Shown in pieces: positions 38,484-48,164 of a DNA stretch of 64,000 bases (its first letter is position 1; every line of letters begins with the position of its first letter). The position numbers and the translations under genes were made by a program. Where the stretch lies: positions 62,001-126,000 of IMG/VR virus record IMGVR_UViG_3300032296_003307, one strand, 5' to 3'. Below the pieces are notes generated by a model. It saw nothing but the letters and a program-made list of their open reading frames with translations, was not told where the DNA came from and did not search any database.

Positions 38484-39414
38484 AATAATGTTCCATATAA
38501 TGCCATGGGATATAGATTGCGCATTATTAGTTTTTGATAAATTAAAACAATCTTCTTATTTTATTGATAATGAAGATAAAATTTATATTGATTCTTTTTT
38601 AAATTTATCACATGATATTATTGATTGGGATAATTCTTCGTTCCCAAAAGAATATTTTATTAAAAAATACCAAATATTAGATGATTTAGTTAAAGATATT
38701 TTTGTACATAAACCTTTTGTATACGATAAAGAAGGTATTTATGGTCATTTAGATTCTCAAAAAACTATAATCGAACCCCACATTGATTATTATGTAGGAT
38801 TATGTCCTGATGTTGACTTTCAAGAACATCTTCTCTATTACCTAATAGAATCAGCAAAACAGATAAAAAATGAATACTTTGTTTTAACTCCACAAATATT
38901 TAAAAGTTGGGATTCAAGTTGGGACCTTTTAGTAAATGACAAATTTCAAAATATTCCCTACAATCAATGTTATAATATTGATATCCATAAAATAAGACAT
39001 GATTGTTTAGAATTAGATACTCCTGCACTTAAACTTTCTCCTGGTTTTAAATTTGCTGGTTGGCTTGATTTGTATAGTAAAAATTTTTATGAAAAATTAA
39101 TACCTACTTTAGATGAATGGAAAGGATATGGTCCTTGGGATTTGTATGCTATGAATGTGTGTAATATTGCAAAATCTAAAGGAGTAGATATTGAACAATA
39201 TATTTTAGAAAATCAAGTAATATGGTTTAAAGATGTAGGTTGTTGGCAAAATGAAGAAGAACATGCAGGTCATGGAAAAATAAGATTAATTTATAAAGAT
39301 TTTTTAACACTAAAACTTGGAAGACAAGAACAAAGATCATACATTGATAAAAATCTTCTTCATTATTTAAATAAATGGATAGAATACGCTAAAAATAATA
39401 ACATAATTAAGTAA
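38473..39414 (+). CDS. Hypothetical protein in the glycan island
   Basis: 313-aa ORF; no firm motif. Confidence 0.6.
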   Translation: MNIKIMFHIMPWDIDCALLVFDKLKQSSYFIDNEDKIYIDSFLNLSHDIIDWDNSSFPKEYFIKKYQILDDLVKDIFVHKPFVYDKEGIYGHLDSQKTIIEPHIDYYVGLCPDVDFQEHLLYYLIESAKQIKNEYFVLTPQIFKSWDSSWDLLVNDKFQNIPYNQCYNIDIHKIRHDCLELDTPALKLSPGFKFAGWLDLYSKNFYEKLIPTLDEWKGYGPWDLYAMNVCNIAKSKGVDIEQYILENQVIWFKDVGCWQNEEEHAGHGKIRLIYKDFLTLKLGRQEQRSYIDKNLLHYLNKWIEYAKNNNIIK

Positions 39415-39417
39415 AAC

Positions 39418-40113
39418 ATGAAAACAATTACAACGTATGAAGATCTAGTTCAAGATCTTATCGACAACAAAATTACAATGGTCCGTCCAGATGAATTCAA
39501 AACAATATTTAAACATTATCCCAAAATATCTGAGGTTGAAGGTGATATAGTAGAATGTGGGGTTTGGAGAGGTGGGTTTTCAATATTTCTAAGTTATGTA
39601 TTTCAAGATAAAAATATTTGGGTATGTGATTCATATGAAGGATTTCAACCTTTAGAAACAGCTAAACATAAATACGATAAAGAAAGACATACTCCTCAAT
39701 TTACACATAACGCTGTAGGTCCATTAGGTATTAGTTTAGAAGAAGTTCAAACCCATTTTAGAAATTATGGTTTAGGAGATCAAGATCGAATTAAATTTTT
39801 AAAAGGATTTGTTAAAGATACTTTACCAACTTCAGGAATTGAGAAAATAGCTTTATTAAGAATAGATGTAGACGCATATTCAGCTACATTAGAAACTTTA
39901 GAAGAATTATATGATAAAGTTCAACCTGGAGGGTATATTATATTTGATGATTCTTGTTTATATGAAACTCTAGATGCTATTAAAGCATTCTTTAAACAAA
40001 GAAATTTACCCGAATTTATAAACCATCCAGTGACTAGTCAACCTTTAAATATTAATGAAAAACACACTAATGATAATTCAGGGTTACCAGCAGGATGTTA
40101 TATTGTAAAATAG
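39418..40113 (+). CDS. TylF/NovP-family sugar O-methyltransferase
   Basis: GDIVECGVWRGG, DSYEG, LKGFVKDTLP, LLRIDVD, GGYIIFDD. Confidence 0.88.
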   Translation: MKTITTYEDLVQDLIDNKITMVRPDEFKTIFKHYPKISEVEGDIVECGVWRGGFSIFLSYVFQDKNIWVCDSYEGFQPLETAKHKYDKERHTPQFTHNAVGPLGISLEEVQTHFRNYGLGDQDRIKFLKGFVKDTLPTSGIEKIALLRIDVDAYSATLETLEELYDKVQPGGYIIFDDSCLYETLDAIKAFFKQRNLPEFINHPVTSQPLNINEKHTNDNSGLPAGCYIVK

Positions 40114-40120
40114 ATAAGAT

Positions 40121-40828
40121 ATGAAAAAAACACTAACACAAATCGCAAATTCAATTGGAATTGATAAAGGAACAATTGCAAATTCATGTCATGGATTTAC
40201 AAAAATGTATGATGATATATTAACTCCTTTAAGAGAAAAACCTATTATTATGTTAGAAATAGGAGTATCTGGAGGTGGTTCTCTTAAAATGTGGGAAGAA
40301 TATTTTTCAGATGCTATAATTATCGCTCTAGACATTGTTAATGAGACTCATTTATCAAATGATAAAACTTTTGTTTACCAATTAGATCAATCTGATGAAA
40401 CTCAATTACAAAATTTTGTAAATCAATGTAAAGAAAATGGATACGAATTTGATTTTATTATTGATGATGGAAGTCATCATATGCGAGATCAACAATTAAC
40501 ATTAGCTTATCTCTTTCCATTATTAAAGTCTCAAGGAATATATGTTATAGAAGATCTCCATACATCTTTACTTCCTAACGGTTATTCATTATATGGAAAA
40601 CTTACAGAAATTTCCCCAGATAGACATAATACCACATTAAATTATCTTTCTCATGGTATAAATAGTATTTATATTACCCCAGAACAAAATATGTATTTAA
40701 ATAAAAATATTGATTCTATTAATATACATAATATATTTAATCCTATTATAGATACATGGCATGAATCTTTAGGTGTAGGAAAACCATATATGGGAAGAAG
40801 TATAACATCCTTTATAATTAAAAAATAA
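40121..40828 (+). CDS. Class I SAM-dependent methyltransferase, sugar O-MTase-like
   Basis: LEIGVSGGGSL, DQSD, FIIDDGSH, YVIEDL. Confidence 0.8.
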   Translation: MKKTLTQIANSIGIDKGTIANSCHGFTKMYDDILTPLREKPIIMLEIGVSGGGSLKMWEEYFSDAIIIALDIVNETHLSNDKTFVYQLDQSDETQLQNFVNQCKENGYEFDFIIDDGSHHMRDQQLTLAYLFPLLKSQGIYVIEDLHTSLLPNGYSLYGKLTEISPDRHNTTLNYLSHGINSIYITPEQNMYLNKNIDSINIHNIFNPIIDTWHESLGVGKPYMGRSITSFIIKK

Positions 40829-40832
40829 GAAT

Positions 40833-41414
40833 ATGAAAATAATTCAAATAGGAGCTAATAATGGAAAGGATAATGTTTTTGATTTTATTAAAGAAAACCA
40901 AAAATCTTTAGAGTTAGCAATATTAATAGAACCTATACCTTTTATTATTGACGAATTAAAATTTCAATATAAAGATATAAATAATGTTATAGTAGAAAAT
41001 ATAGCTATAACTGATGAGGAAAATCTTGAAAAAATGACTTTGTATTATTTAGGAGACAGTAATTATGAGGTAAGTTCATTCAGTAAGAATCATGTTATAA
41101 CCCACAAACCCCCAGGCTCATCATTCCCCTTAGAATCATTAGAAGTTTCTTGCTTAACTATTAATAATATTATGACTAAATATGATCTGGAAGTAATAGA
41201 TTATCTATTTATAGATACTGAAGGATTGGACGTTCATATAATAGCTAGTATCGATTTTGCAAAATATAAAATTAAAAATATAATATTTGAAGCTGTTCAT
41301 ACTGATGGAGCATTTAGTAGAGGTGAAAATTTTAATAAAATATGTAACTATTTAAATCAATTAGGGTATAATTTATCAAATATGGACCAATTAAATATAA
41401 AAGCCAGTCTATGA
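40833..41414 (+). CDS. FkbM-family methyltransferase
   Basis: QIGANNG, LIEP, FIDTEGLD. Confidence 0.8.
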   Translation: MKIIQIGANNGKDNVFDFIKENQKSLELAILIEPIPFIIDELKFQYKDINNVIVENIAITDEENLEKMTLYYLGDSNYEVSSFSKNHVITHKPPGSSFPLESLEVSCLTINNIMTKYDLEVIDYLFIDTEGLDVHIIASIDFAKYKIKNIIFEAVHTDGAFSRGENFNKICNYLNQLGYNLSNMDQLNIKASL

Positions 41415-42148
41415 AAATCATCTACCGTATCTCAGACACAGGTTATAACAAAGTAAAACCAAATTACGTTAACAATGAAAATTGTTTGAGAAATTTCTGT
41501 AATGTATTTTTTGATCATATTTATGATATTATAGTTTTAGCAGACAATTGTAGTGAACCTACTTTAGATATAATTAAAAAATTTATTGACCCAATCAATA
41601 TAGAAAAAGTATCTGTAGGACATGGTGCTGGAACTTTTAATTTGGCTTTAGATAAAGCATTAAAATGGGAAGATGATGAAATAGTTTACTTTGTAGAAAA
41701 CGATTATATTCATTTACAAGGTTCTCCCCAAATTATAAAAGAAGGAATTAAATTAGGAGCACCTTATGTTACTTTATATCTTCATCCTGATAAATTTATG
41801 TCACCTTCTCAAGGAGGTAATCCTGAGGTTGATGAAGATGGAGGTTATTTAACAAGAATTTATAGAGGTGAAACTCAATTATTTGGAATGTTTAATAGCA
41901 CAACTATGACTTTTGCTTCAACAGTAAAAACATTAAGAGAAGACGAATCTATTTTAAGAAAACATACCAACAAAGGTCATTATCCTGATGATTTTAAAAT
42001 GTTTTTGGAGTTAAGAGATAATGGAAAAGCATTATTGTGTCCCTTAAATACTTTTTCCACTCATGGAGAAACAAATTGGTTAGCTCCTTTATATAAAGTA
42101 AAACAAGAAAACCTAGTTGAGGAATGGAAAAAGCATATATTTCAGTAA
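41411..42148 (+). CDS. GT-A-like glycosyltransferase
   Basis: VLADN, YFVENDYIH, STHGE. Confidence 0.6.
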   Translation: MKIIYRISDTGYNKVKPNYVNNENCLRNFCNVFFDHIYDIIVLADNCSEPTLDIIKKFIDPINIEKVSVGHGAGTFNLALDKALKWEDDEIVYFVENDYIHLQGSPQIIKEGIKLGAPYVTLYLHPDKFMSPSQGGNPEVDEDGGYLTRIYRGETQLFGMFNSTTMTFASTVKTLREDESILRKHTNKGHYPDDFKMFLELRDNGKALLCPLNTFSTHGETNWLAPLYKVKQENLVEEWKKHIFQ

Positions 42149-42903
42149 TAATACCTACTTATAAATCACCAGAGGCACTTGATTTGTGTTTACGTTCGGC
42201 TATTGAAGGACAACAAAACAAAAACCAAATCATAGTAGTGGTTGATGGTTTTTATGATTTAAATAAAGAGGTATTAGAAAAATGGAGTCAACATATTGAT
42301 ATTCTAAATTTAGAAGAAAATGTTGGTTTGTGTAGAGGTACTAATTTAGGTGTTTACAACTCTCAGTACGACAAAATACTGATAGTGAATGATGATAATA
42401 TTTTTCCTAAAAATTGGGATGTTGATTTACTAAATTCCTATAAGGAAAATAGTGTTATCTCTCCTAACCAAATTGAACCTATTCCCTCTATATTCAAACA
42501 ATTTAAAATTGAAAATTTAGGTCGTGACCCAAAAACATTTGATTTGGAGGCTTTTTGGGATTATGCTTCAAAAACTTCTTCTCAATTAAACGAGGAATCT
42601 GGCTCTACTTTACCTATATTCATGAAAAAATACGACTATTTAAAAGTGGGAGGTTGGGACGAAAATTATGATATGGGAGTTGTAGCCGATTGGGATTTCT
42701 TTCTAAAATGCACTATCTCAGGAATGAAAATGATAAGAACATATAGTTGTCATTTTTATCATTTTGTTTCTCTAACCACTATGACCCCAGAAAAAGAACA
42801 ACAAAGAAGACAATCAGAACAAAATGGTCATGAATATGCAAAATACAAATGGGGTAGTTATATTTATTCTCATCCTGAAACTAATTTAAAATTTATTCTA
42901 TGA
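42124..42903 (+). CDS. Glycosyltransferase family 2
   Basis: ISVIIPTY, VVVDG, VNDD, GGWDENY, DWDF. Confidence 0.85.
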   Translation: MEKAYISVIIPTYKSPEALDLCLRSAIEGQQNKNQIIVVVDGFYDLNKEVLEKWSQHIDILNLEENVGLCRGTNLGVYNSQYDKILIVNDDNIFPKNWDVDLLNSYKENSVISPNQIEPIPSIFKQFKIENLGRDPKTFDLEAFWDYASKTSSQLNEESGSTLPIFMKKYDYLKVGGWDENYDMGVVADWDFFLKCTISGMKMIRTYSCHFYHFVSLTTMTPEKEQQRRQSEQNGHEYAKYKWGSYIYSHPETNLKFIL

Positions 42904-43058
42904 TATTTGGATTTTATAATAAAAGAGATAAAACACAAGAAACAATTGGACGCACAGTTGGACTTTCAAGATTGGAGGCAGCAAAATACTTTGCCGAGCG
43001 TAAACAACTGTCATTAAAAGAATTTTTAAAAATATTTGGTGTTAAAACAATCATATGA
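42900..43058 (+). CDS. Small hypothetical protein (52 aa)
   Basis: Translated by hand: MIFGFYNKRDK...FGVKTII; coupled at both ends. Confidence 0.5.
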   Translation: MIFGFYNKRDKTQETIGRTVGLSRLEAAKYFAERKQLSLKEFLKIFGVKTII

Positions 43059-43423
43059 AAGAGTTTGGTAAAAATTTAAAAATACAACAAAAGAAAAAAC
43101 AAACCAGTGATAAAGAACTATTTGTTGACCTAATTAATCTTTTTGACGAGTGCAACTCAAGAACAGATGCTTTAGAAAATGACTTTTTATTAGGGATATC
43201 ATCATATGATGAATCGTTTTATATATTAATAGAAAACCTTTTAGTCGTGGCCTATGGTGATTGGAAAGCAGACATCATTTTATGGTGGGTATATGACCGT
43301 TATGACGGTGAAGGAAATTTGTTACCCGTGGAATTAAATTTCCATGATGAAAACAAACAAGAAGAAATTCTGATTGAAACAGCAGAACAATTGTGGGACA
43401 TACTTAAAAAAATAGAAGAATAA
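43055..43423 (+). CDS. Hypothetical protein
   Basis: 122-aa acidic ORF. Confidence 0.6.
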   Translation: MKEFGKNLKIQQKKKQTSDKELFVDLINLFDECNSRTDALENDFLLGISSYDESFYILIENLLVVAYGDWKADIILWWVYDRYDGEGNLLPVELNFHDENKQEEILIETAEQLWDILKKIEE

Positions 43424-43720
43424 ATGAAAAATTGTGTTAAATGTGGAGGGATGATTCCTGAGGGAAGACTCAAAGCACTACCAGGAACTAAAACATGTGT
43501 GAATTGCTCTAGTGCCAAAATGAAAGGTACAGTAACAGTAATGAAAGGTGAGGGAGATCACACTTGGATTGAAACTATTCATTTGGAACATGAAGACTAC
43601 AAAGCCTATGTTGAGGCAGAAAACAAAATGAGAAAAGGAGGAATGAGATTACTTGACGATCCTGACGATAGTAAAGATGTTCCTTACGGATTCCACGAAA
43701 CAAAAATAGATAAAGAGTAA
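43424..43720 (+). CDS. Protein with DksA/TraR-type C4 zinc finger
   Basis: CVKCGGMIPEGRLKALPGTKTCVNC. Confidence 0.7.
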   Translation: MKNCVKCGGMIPEGRLKALPGTKTCVNCSSAKMKGTVTVMKGEGDHTWIETIHLEHEDYKAYVEAENKMRKGGMRLLDDPDDSKDVPYGFHETKIDKE

Positions 43721-44364
43721 TGCCAAAAGCAAGACCACTTGGTAAAGAAATGATTTTAGCTGCAATGGCTAAAACTAAATCAAATCGTAGTGCTGCTCGC
43801 TATTTGAATTGTAGTTATATTCATTATAAAATGTGGGCAAAACGATATGATGCAACCGAACCTGGTTATGCTAATTTATTTGAACAACATAAAAACCAAT
43901 CAGGCAAAGGTATTCCCAAATTCTTAAGCAACGGAAAACCAAGAAGTGATTTTTCTTTATTAGACATTATTGAAGGAAGAGTAGATCCCTCCTCTTTTAA
44001 CCCAGATAAAATTAAATGGAGATTGTTACAAGAGGGTTATATGAAAGAGGAATGTTATTCATGTGGTTTTCATGAGCATCGAGTTTTGGATTACAAAATG
44101 CCTCTTTTATTAAATTTTAAGGATGGCAATAAACAACATTACAGACTAGAAAATTTGGAAATGCTTTGTTACAATTGCTATTTCCTCCAAATTGGCAATT
44201 TATTTACTGATAAACAATTAGAGGGAATAGAGGATCACGTTGTTAAAAATGAATCTAAAGTTGATTGGGAAGTAGATTCTTATACCCAAGAACGTTTACG
44301 AGAACTAGGATTGTATGATCCTAAGCCTCTTGACGATGGTAGTGAGTATATATCTCGTTTGTAA
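43720..44364 (+). CDS. HTH plus degenerate HNH-fold protein
   Basis: SNRSAARYL; CYSCG...LLNFKDGN...LENLEMLCYNCY, lacking the usual His residues. Confidence 0.55.
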   Translation: MPKARPLGKEMILAAMAKTKSNRSAARYLNCSYIHYKMWAKRYDATEPGYANLFEQHKNQSGKGIPKFLSNGKPRSDFSLLDIIEGRVDPSSFNPDKIKWRLLQEGYMKEECYSCGFHEHRVLDYKMPLLLNFKDGNKQHYRLENLEMLCYNCYFLQIGNLFTDKQLEGIEDHVVKNESKVDWEVDSYTQERLRELGLYDPKPLDDGSEYISRL

Positions 44365-44389
44365 TAAAATCTAATATTTATAACAAAAT

Positions 44390-44590
44390 ATGAAAAAATC
44401 TGAATTAATGCGAATAGTTAAAGAAGAGATGGAAAAATCTCTAATTAAAAAAGAGATAGAAAAATCTAAAGATAATAATCTTAAAGAAAAATTAAAAAAA
44501 GCTTTAGATGCACTTAAAAATAGTGGAAAAGTTACTAAAGAAGCCTTATTAGATTTTTTAGAAGGTTTTTTAAAAAACATAGACGATTAA
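44390..44590 (+). CDS. Small late protein with MKKSELMRIVKEE leader
   Basis: TATTTATA upstream; leader like 5462. Confidence 0.6.
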   Translation: MKKSELMRIVKEEMEKSLIKKEIEKSKDNNLKEKLKKALDALKNSGKVTKEALLDFLEGFLKNIDD

Positions 44591-44600
44591 ATTTACAACT

Positions 44601-44789
44601 GTGGGAAAAAAACGAGTACCTCTACTAAAAAAAGGAAAGCATAAAAAACACGATGCTATTGTCAATGATTTTGATGCTCAAAAGGAAAAACACCTTGAAA
44701 AACTAGCCACCAAAACATTACAAGAGCAGGAAAAACTTAGTAGATTGAAAGAAAAGAACATTAAAACAGACTTTTTTAAATTATTTTAA
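44601..44789 (+). CDS. Small basic hypothetical protein
   Basis: GTG start, Lys-rich. Confidence 0.5.
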   Translation: MGKKRVPLLKKGKHKKHDAIVNDFDAQKEKHLEKLATKTLQEQEKLSRLKEKNIKTDFFKLF

Positions 44790-44791
44790 CT

Positions 44792-45130
44792 ATGGTAGCA
44801 GAGATAACAGTTAACAACACTGAAGAATTTCAGGAATTAGTTGACAATAAAGATATCAGAATAGCAAAAGCTATTGTTGGAGGAATACTAGATAACATAA
44901 ACACAAACAAAAAACATGTTCATGTATTATCTGTAACTTGTTTAGAGGAGGGAGAGGTTTATGATATTACTGTTGAAAGGAAATACTTTGCTTCAACCCT
45001 AGAAGAAAACCTACCATACTATATCCGAGAAGAATTATATGAGGATTGTCAACGTATTGTTGAAACAGTAAATAAATTAAAAAATGCTGTTCCTGTGAAA
45101 AGAGGAAGACCAAAAAAGAATCCATCTTAA
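44792..45130 (+). CDS. Hypothetical protein with C-terminal AT-hook-like KRGRPKK
   Basis: Ends VKRGRPKKNPS. Confidence 0.6.
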   Translation: MVAEITVNNTEEFQELVDNKDIRIAKAIVGGILDNINTNKKHVHVLSVTCLEEGEVYDITVERKYFASTLEENLPYYIREELYEDCQRIVETVNKLKNAVPVKRGRPKKNPS

Positions 45131-45178
45131 TTTGGTTTTCTAAAATCCGTTTATTATATTTCCAACAAAAAAACAGTT

Positions 45179-45502
45179 ATGAAAAATCTATTGACAGAAG
45201 AATTCAAGGAAAAAGTTAAAGTAGCGTTTACTCGCTTCATGAACATTATCATTGTTACCTCAACTTTGATTGCTGGTTTTGGTTTGGGCTACTATTTTCA
45301 AGAACTGAAAATGAAACCAAAAGCCGTTAATGAAACTATCTTAAACAAAGAAGTTAGAATTGCAATCGATTCAGAAGACAAGTTGATTATTATGGATCGC
45401 AAAACAGGTGGTTATACTATTTACAGTGATTCAATTGGTAAAATTGTTTTCAAAATGTATGCCACTAAAATTGCTGCTCCTGTAACTACTAGTACTAAAT
45501 AA
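45179..45502 (+). CDS. Single-TM hypothetical protein
   Basis: IIIVTSTLIAGFGLGYYF. Confidence 0.6.
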   Translation: MKNLLTEEFKEKVKVAFTRFMNIIIVTSTLIAGFGLGYYFQELKMKPKAVNETILNKEVRIAIDSEDKLIIMDRKTGGYTIYSDSIGKIVFKMYATKIAAPVTTSTK

Positions 45503-45824
45503 AATGAGATATATAGGATATAATATAATTGCAATTTGTTTTTTAGCCCTGGCTGCCTTTATGATACATACCAAAACTCCAGGATGGGGATGGTGTGTTT
45601 TTGGAGCCATCATAACAACAGTTATACCCTCAGGCAAAGAAAATACTAAATAAAAATCATAAAAATTATGGAAACAGGAACTTTATTTGAGGTAATACGT
45701 TGGGGATTTTCTATCTTTATTGTTGTATGGTATTTTTCTATTTTATACACAGGAATTAAAGATAGAAATGATATTGATGATGTTATGAAAAATAGAAAAT
45801 CTAAATAATTAATAAATTAAAAAT

Positions 45825-46025
45825 ATGGAAGATAAAATTTTCAAAGCAGATGCTAAACAAATAGTTGATATGGCATTTGACAACAAATTATTTAAGGACA
45901 AATTAACTCGTGATGATTTTAATGCTTTTGAGGACTTAATACAGTACTTGTTACAAAGTAGGTTTGAAAGCTATCAGAGAGTTGAAAAGTTAATGAAGTC
46001 TATTGAGGGTCGAGAGAAAAAATGA
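45825..46025 (+). CDS. Hypothetical protein
   Basis: Coupled to the SLT gene. Confidence 0.5.
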   Translation: MEDKIFKADAKQIVDMAFDNKLFKDKLTRDDFNAFEDLIQYLLQSRFESYQRVEKLMKSIEGREKK

Positions 46026-46555
46026 ACTTTTTTTCAAAAATAAAAAATTGGTATTTAATACTAGTCCTAGCAATTGTAGGCTTGATGTACTACAATATAA
46101 ACAGGAAACTAGATTATTTTGAGGATCGTTTAGATTTAGCTAAAGGAACTATTTCACTCCAGATGTTTGAAAGTATTGAACACTGGAGTGATAGTTTCAA
46201 TGTTCCTAAATACATTGCTTACAATGTAGCTTATTTGGAAACTGGCTATAGAGGTCCATTTGATTTCAATTACAATCCTTATTTAACATCATCTGCTGGA
46301 GCAGTAGGACCTATGCAAATTATTACTCAGTGGGCTCATCCTTATGCAGGTCGTCGTTTAACTGACAAAGAATTGAAAACCAACATTGATTTAAATGTTA
46401 AAATAAGTATGCAAATGCTTAATGTTTGGTATAAAATTCATAAGGACTGGACATTGGCTTGTGGAGCATATAACAGTGGACAGCCAATAAGAAATGATTA
46501 TGCTGTTTATGCCTCTAGTAATAAAAATTATAAAAATAAATGGGTGAAACTTTAA
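46022..46555 (+). CDS. Lytic transglycosylase (SLT-like) with N-terminal TM anchor
   Basis: AYLETG catalytic Glu, SSAGAVGPMQI, GAYNSG. Confidence 0.8.
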   Translation: MNFFSKIKNWYLILVLAIVGLMYYNINRKLDYFEDRLDLAKGTISLQMFESIEHWSDSFNVPKYIAYNVAYLETGYRGPFDFNYNPYLTSSAGAVGPMQIITQWAHPYAGRRLTDKELKTNIDLNVKISMQMLNVWYKIHKDWTLACGAYNSGQPIRNDYAVYASSNKNYKNKWVKL

Positions 46556-46579
46556 CAAAAAATCCATGTATGTATAAGC

Positions 46580-46732
46580 ATGGCAACAAAGAAAAAATCA
46601 TCATCGGCAAGTGCTTTTTCGCACTACAAGAAAAAACCCAAAGTTCGCAGACCTGGAGTACACGCTAAAACAAAAACAAGCAAATCAAAAAACGCAACAA
46701 ATTATAAAAAGTTATCAGTCGGACAAGGTTAA
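46580..46732 (+). CDS. 50-aa highly basic late protein
   Basis: Translated by hand: MATKKKSSSASAFSHYKKKPKVRRPGVHAKTKTSKSKNATNYKKLSVGQG; 15 K/R and no D/E. Confidence 0.6.
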   Translation: MATKKKSSSASAFSHYKKKPKVRRPGVHAKTKTSKSKNATNYKKLSVGQG

Positions 46733-47072
46733 TTAAAAAAAGTTTATGTCAAAAACAAGTAACAAACAAAAATTAGAAACACTCAAAATTTGGTTAGACA
46801 ATCTTAAAAAGAAAAATCCAAAACCTAAAAAACAGCCTAAGTGGGTAAAAGATCTAGAATATGAAGACTAATCCAGGTGGTGCTATAGAGTTTTTTCATA
46901 GCATCCCTGATGATGTTTTAGTAAAAATAGCTCTATATGATTGGAGAGCTTTAGAATCACTATGTATTGCTCTTACTTTAGATCTTCAACTTCTTAGAGA
47001 AGAGACAGAAAGAGAAAAGAAAAATTTGGCTTCTTAAAGGATTGTTCGTACATTTATGTCATAATAAAGGTT

Positions 47073-47510
47073 ATGGCAATTTTAGAATTTTCACACAAAA
47101 CAGGTAAAGGAAATATAAGAAAACGTTTGTTTTATAATCCTACTACCTCTTACGGAGTAAAAAATCCTACTGCTTATGGCTCTACAGTAGCAATAAGGGT
47201 TCATAAATATGTTTATGAGCATCCTTACCTAGCTCCTACTTTATTTACTAACTTTAAAGGAGAAAAATTCATAACACCAGGTTGGATTCCAGTTTTACCT
47301 GAAACCACTTATAATGATATTGAATGGATTAAACCAGAGATTGTTAAAGTTAAAGAAGAACCACAAACTTGGAAATTTGAATCCTCTAGTGATCCTGGTT
47401 CATTTTATATTGTAAGAAAAGCTGGTGAGACACTTAAGTGTAATTGTATGGGGTTTTTTAGATCTCGTGGTAATTGCAAGCACGTTCAAGAAGTAAAAAA
47501 ATTAAAGTAA
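47073..47510 (+). CDS. SWIM zinc-finger protein
   Basis: CNCMGF...CKH. Confidence 0.7.
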   Translation: MAILEFSHKTGKGNIRKRLFYNPTTSYGVKNPTAYGSTVAIRVHKYVYEHPYLAPTLFTNFKGEKFITPGWIPVLPETTYNDIEWIKPEIVKVKEEPQTWKFESSSDPGSFYIVRKAGETLKCNCMGFFRSRGNCKHVQEVKKLK

Positions 47511-47725
47511 TGATAAAAAGTAAAAGTAAAAAATCTAAAATCGAAATCGATTTAACAGGTCCTGATGGTAATGCATTTGTATTGCTTGGTATTGCAAAAG
47601 ATTTATGTCATAAAACAGGTATTGAATGGAGTAAAGTTCAAGCCGAAATGACAAGTGGTGATTACGAGAACTTGATTCAAACACTAGACAGATATTTTGG
47701 TAGTATAATTGTAATGTATAGATAA
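47510..47725 (+). CDS. Hypothetical protein
   Basis: IDLTGPDGNAFVLLG; ATG overlaps the previous stop. Confidence 0.6.
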   Translation: MIKSKSKKSKIEIDLTGPDGNAFVLLGIAKDLCHKTGIEWSKVQAEMTSGDYENLIQTLDRYFGSIIVMYR

Positions 47726-48141
47726 TGGCAGAAAGAGGTAGACCAAAAGAAACACCAATAGTTCAACTTGATAAGTGGACTAGAGAATTTTACGAAGTAC
47801 CATCAAAACCCGAATTAGGTTGGAAAATGGTTTGGCACTATGATTTGAATAAAAGTGTAAGTGGTCCTTTTAAAACAGAAATGAATTATCCTAAAAACTT
47901 TAAACACGAAAAAGTAAAAGCAGATAAAGGTAAAGCCTATAGTGGACAACCTGTTGTAATGGTATTTAAAACATCCGAACGCTCAAACGCTAAAACCAAA
48001 ATGAAAGTTTGGAACAATGAAAATATTGATTATATCCTTACTGCCCCTACTCTTCCAGGTGTTCCTGATAATGCTGTTATTTTGGAAATAGCAGTAGGTG
48101 AAAGTTTTATTGATAATTTTAAACAGAAATACTCTTTATAA
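47725..48141 (+). CDS. Hypothetical protein
   Basis: N-terminal ERGRPKE. Confidence 0.6.
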   Translation: MAERGRPKETPIVQLDKWTREFYEVPSKPELGWKMVWHYDLNKSVSGPFKTEMNYPKNFKHEKVKADKGKAYSGQPVVMVFKTSERSNAKTKMKVWNNENIDYILTAPTLPGVPDNAVILEIAVGESFIDNFKQKYSL

Positions 48142-48164
48142 TATTTATAACATATAATTAAACT

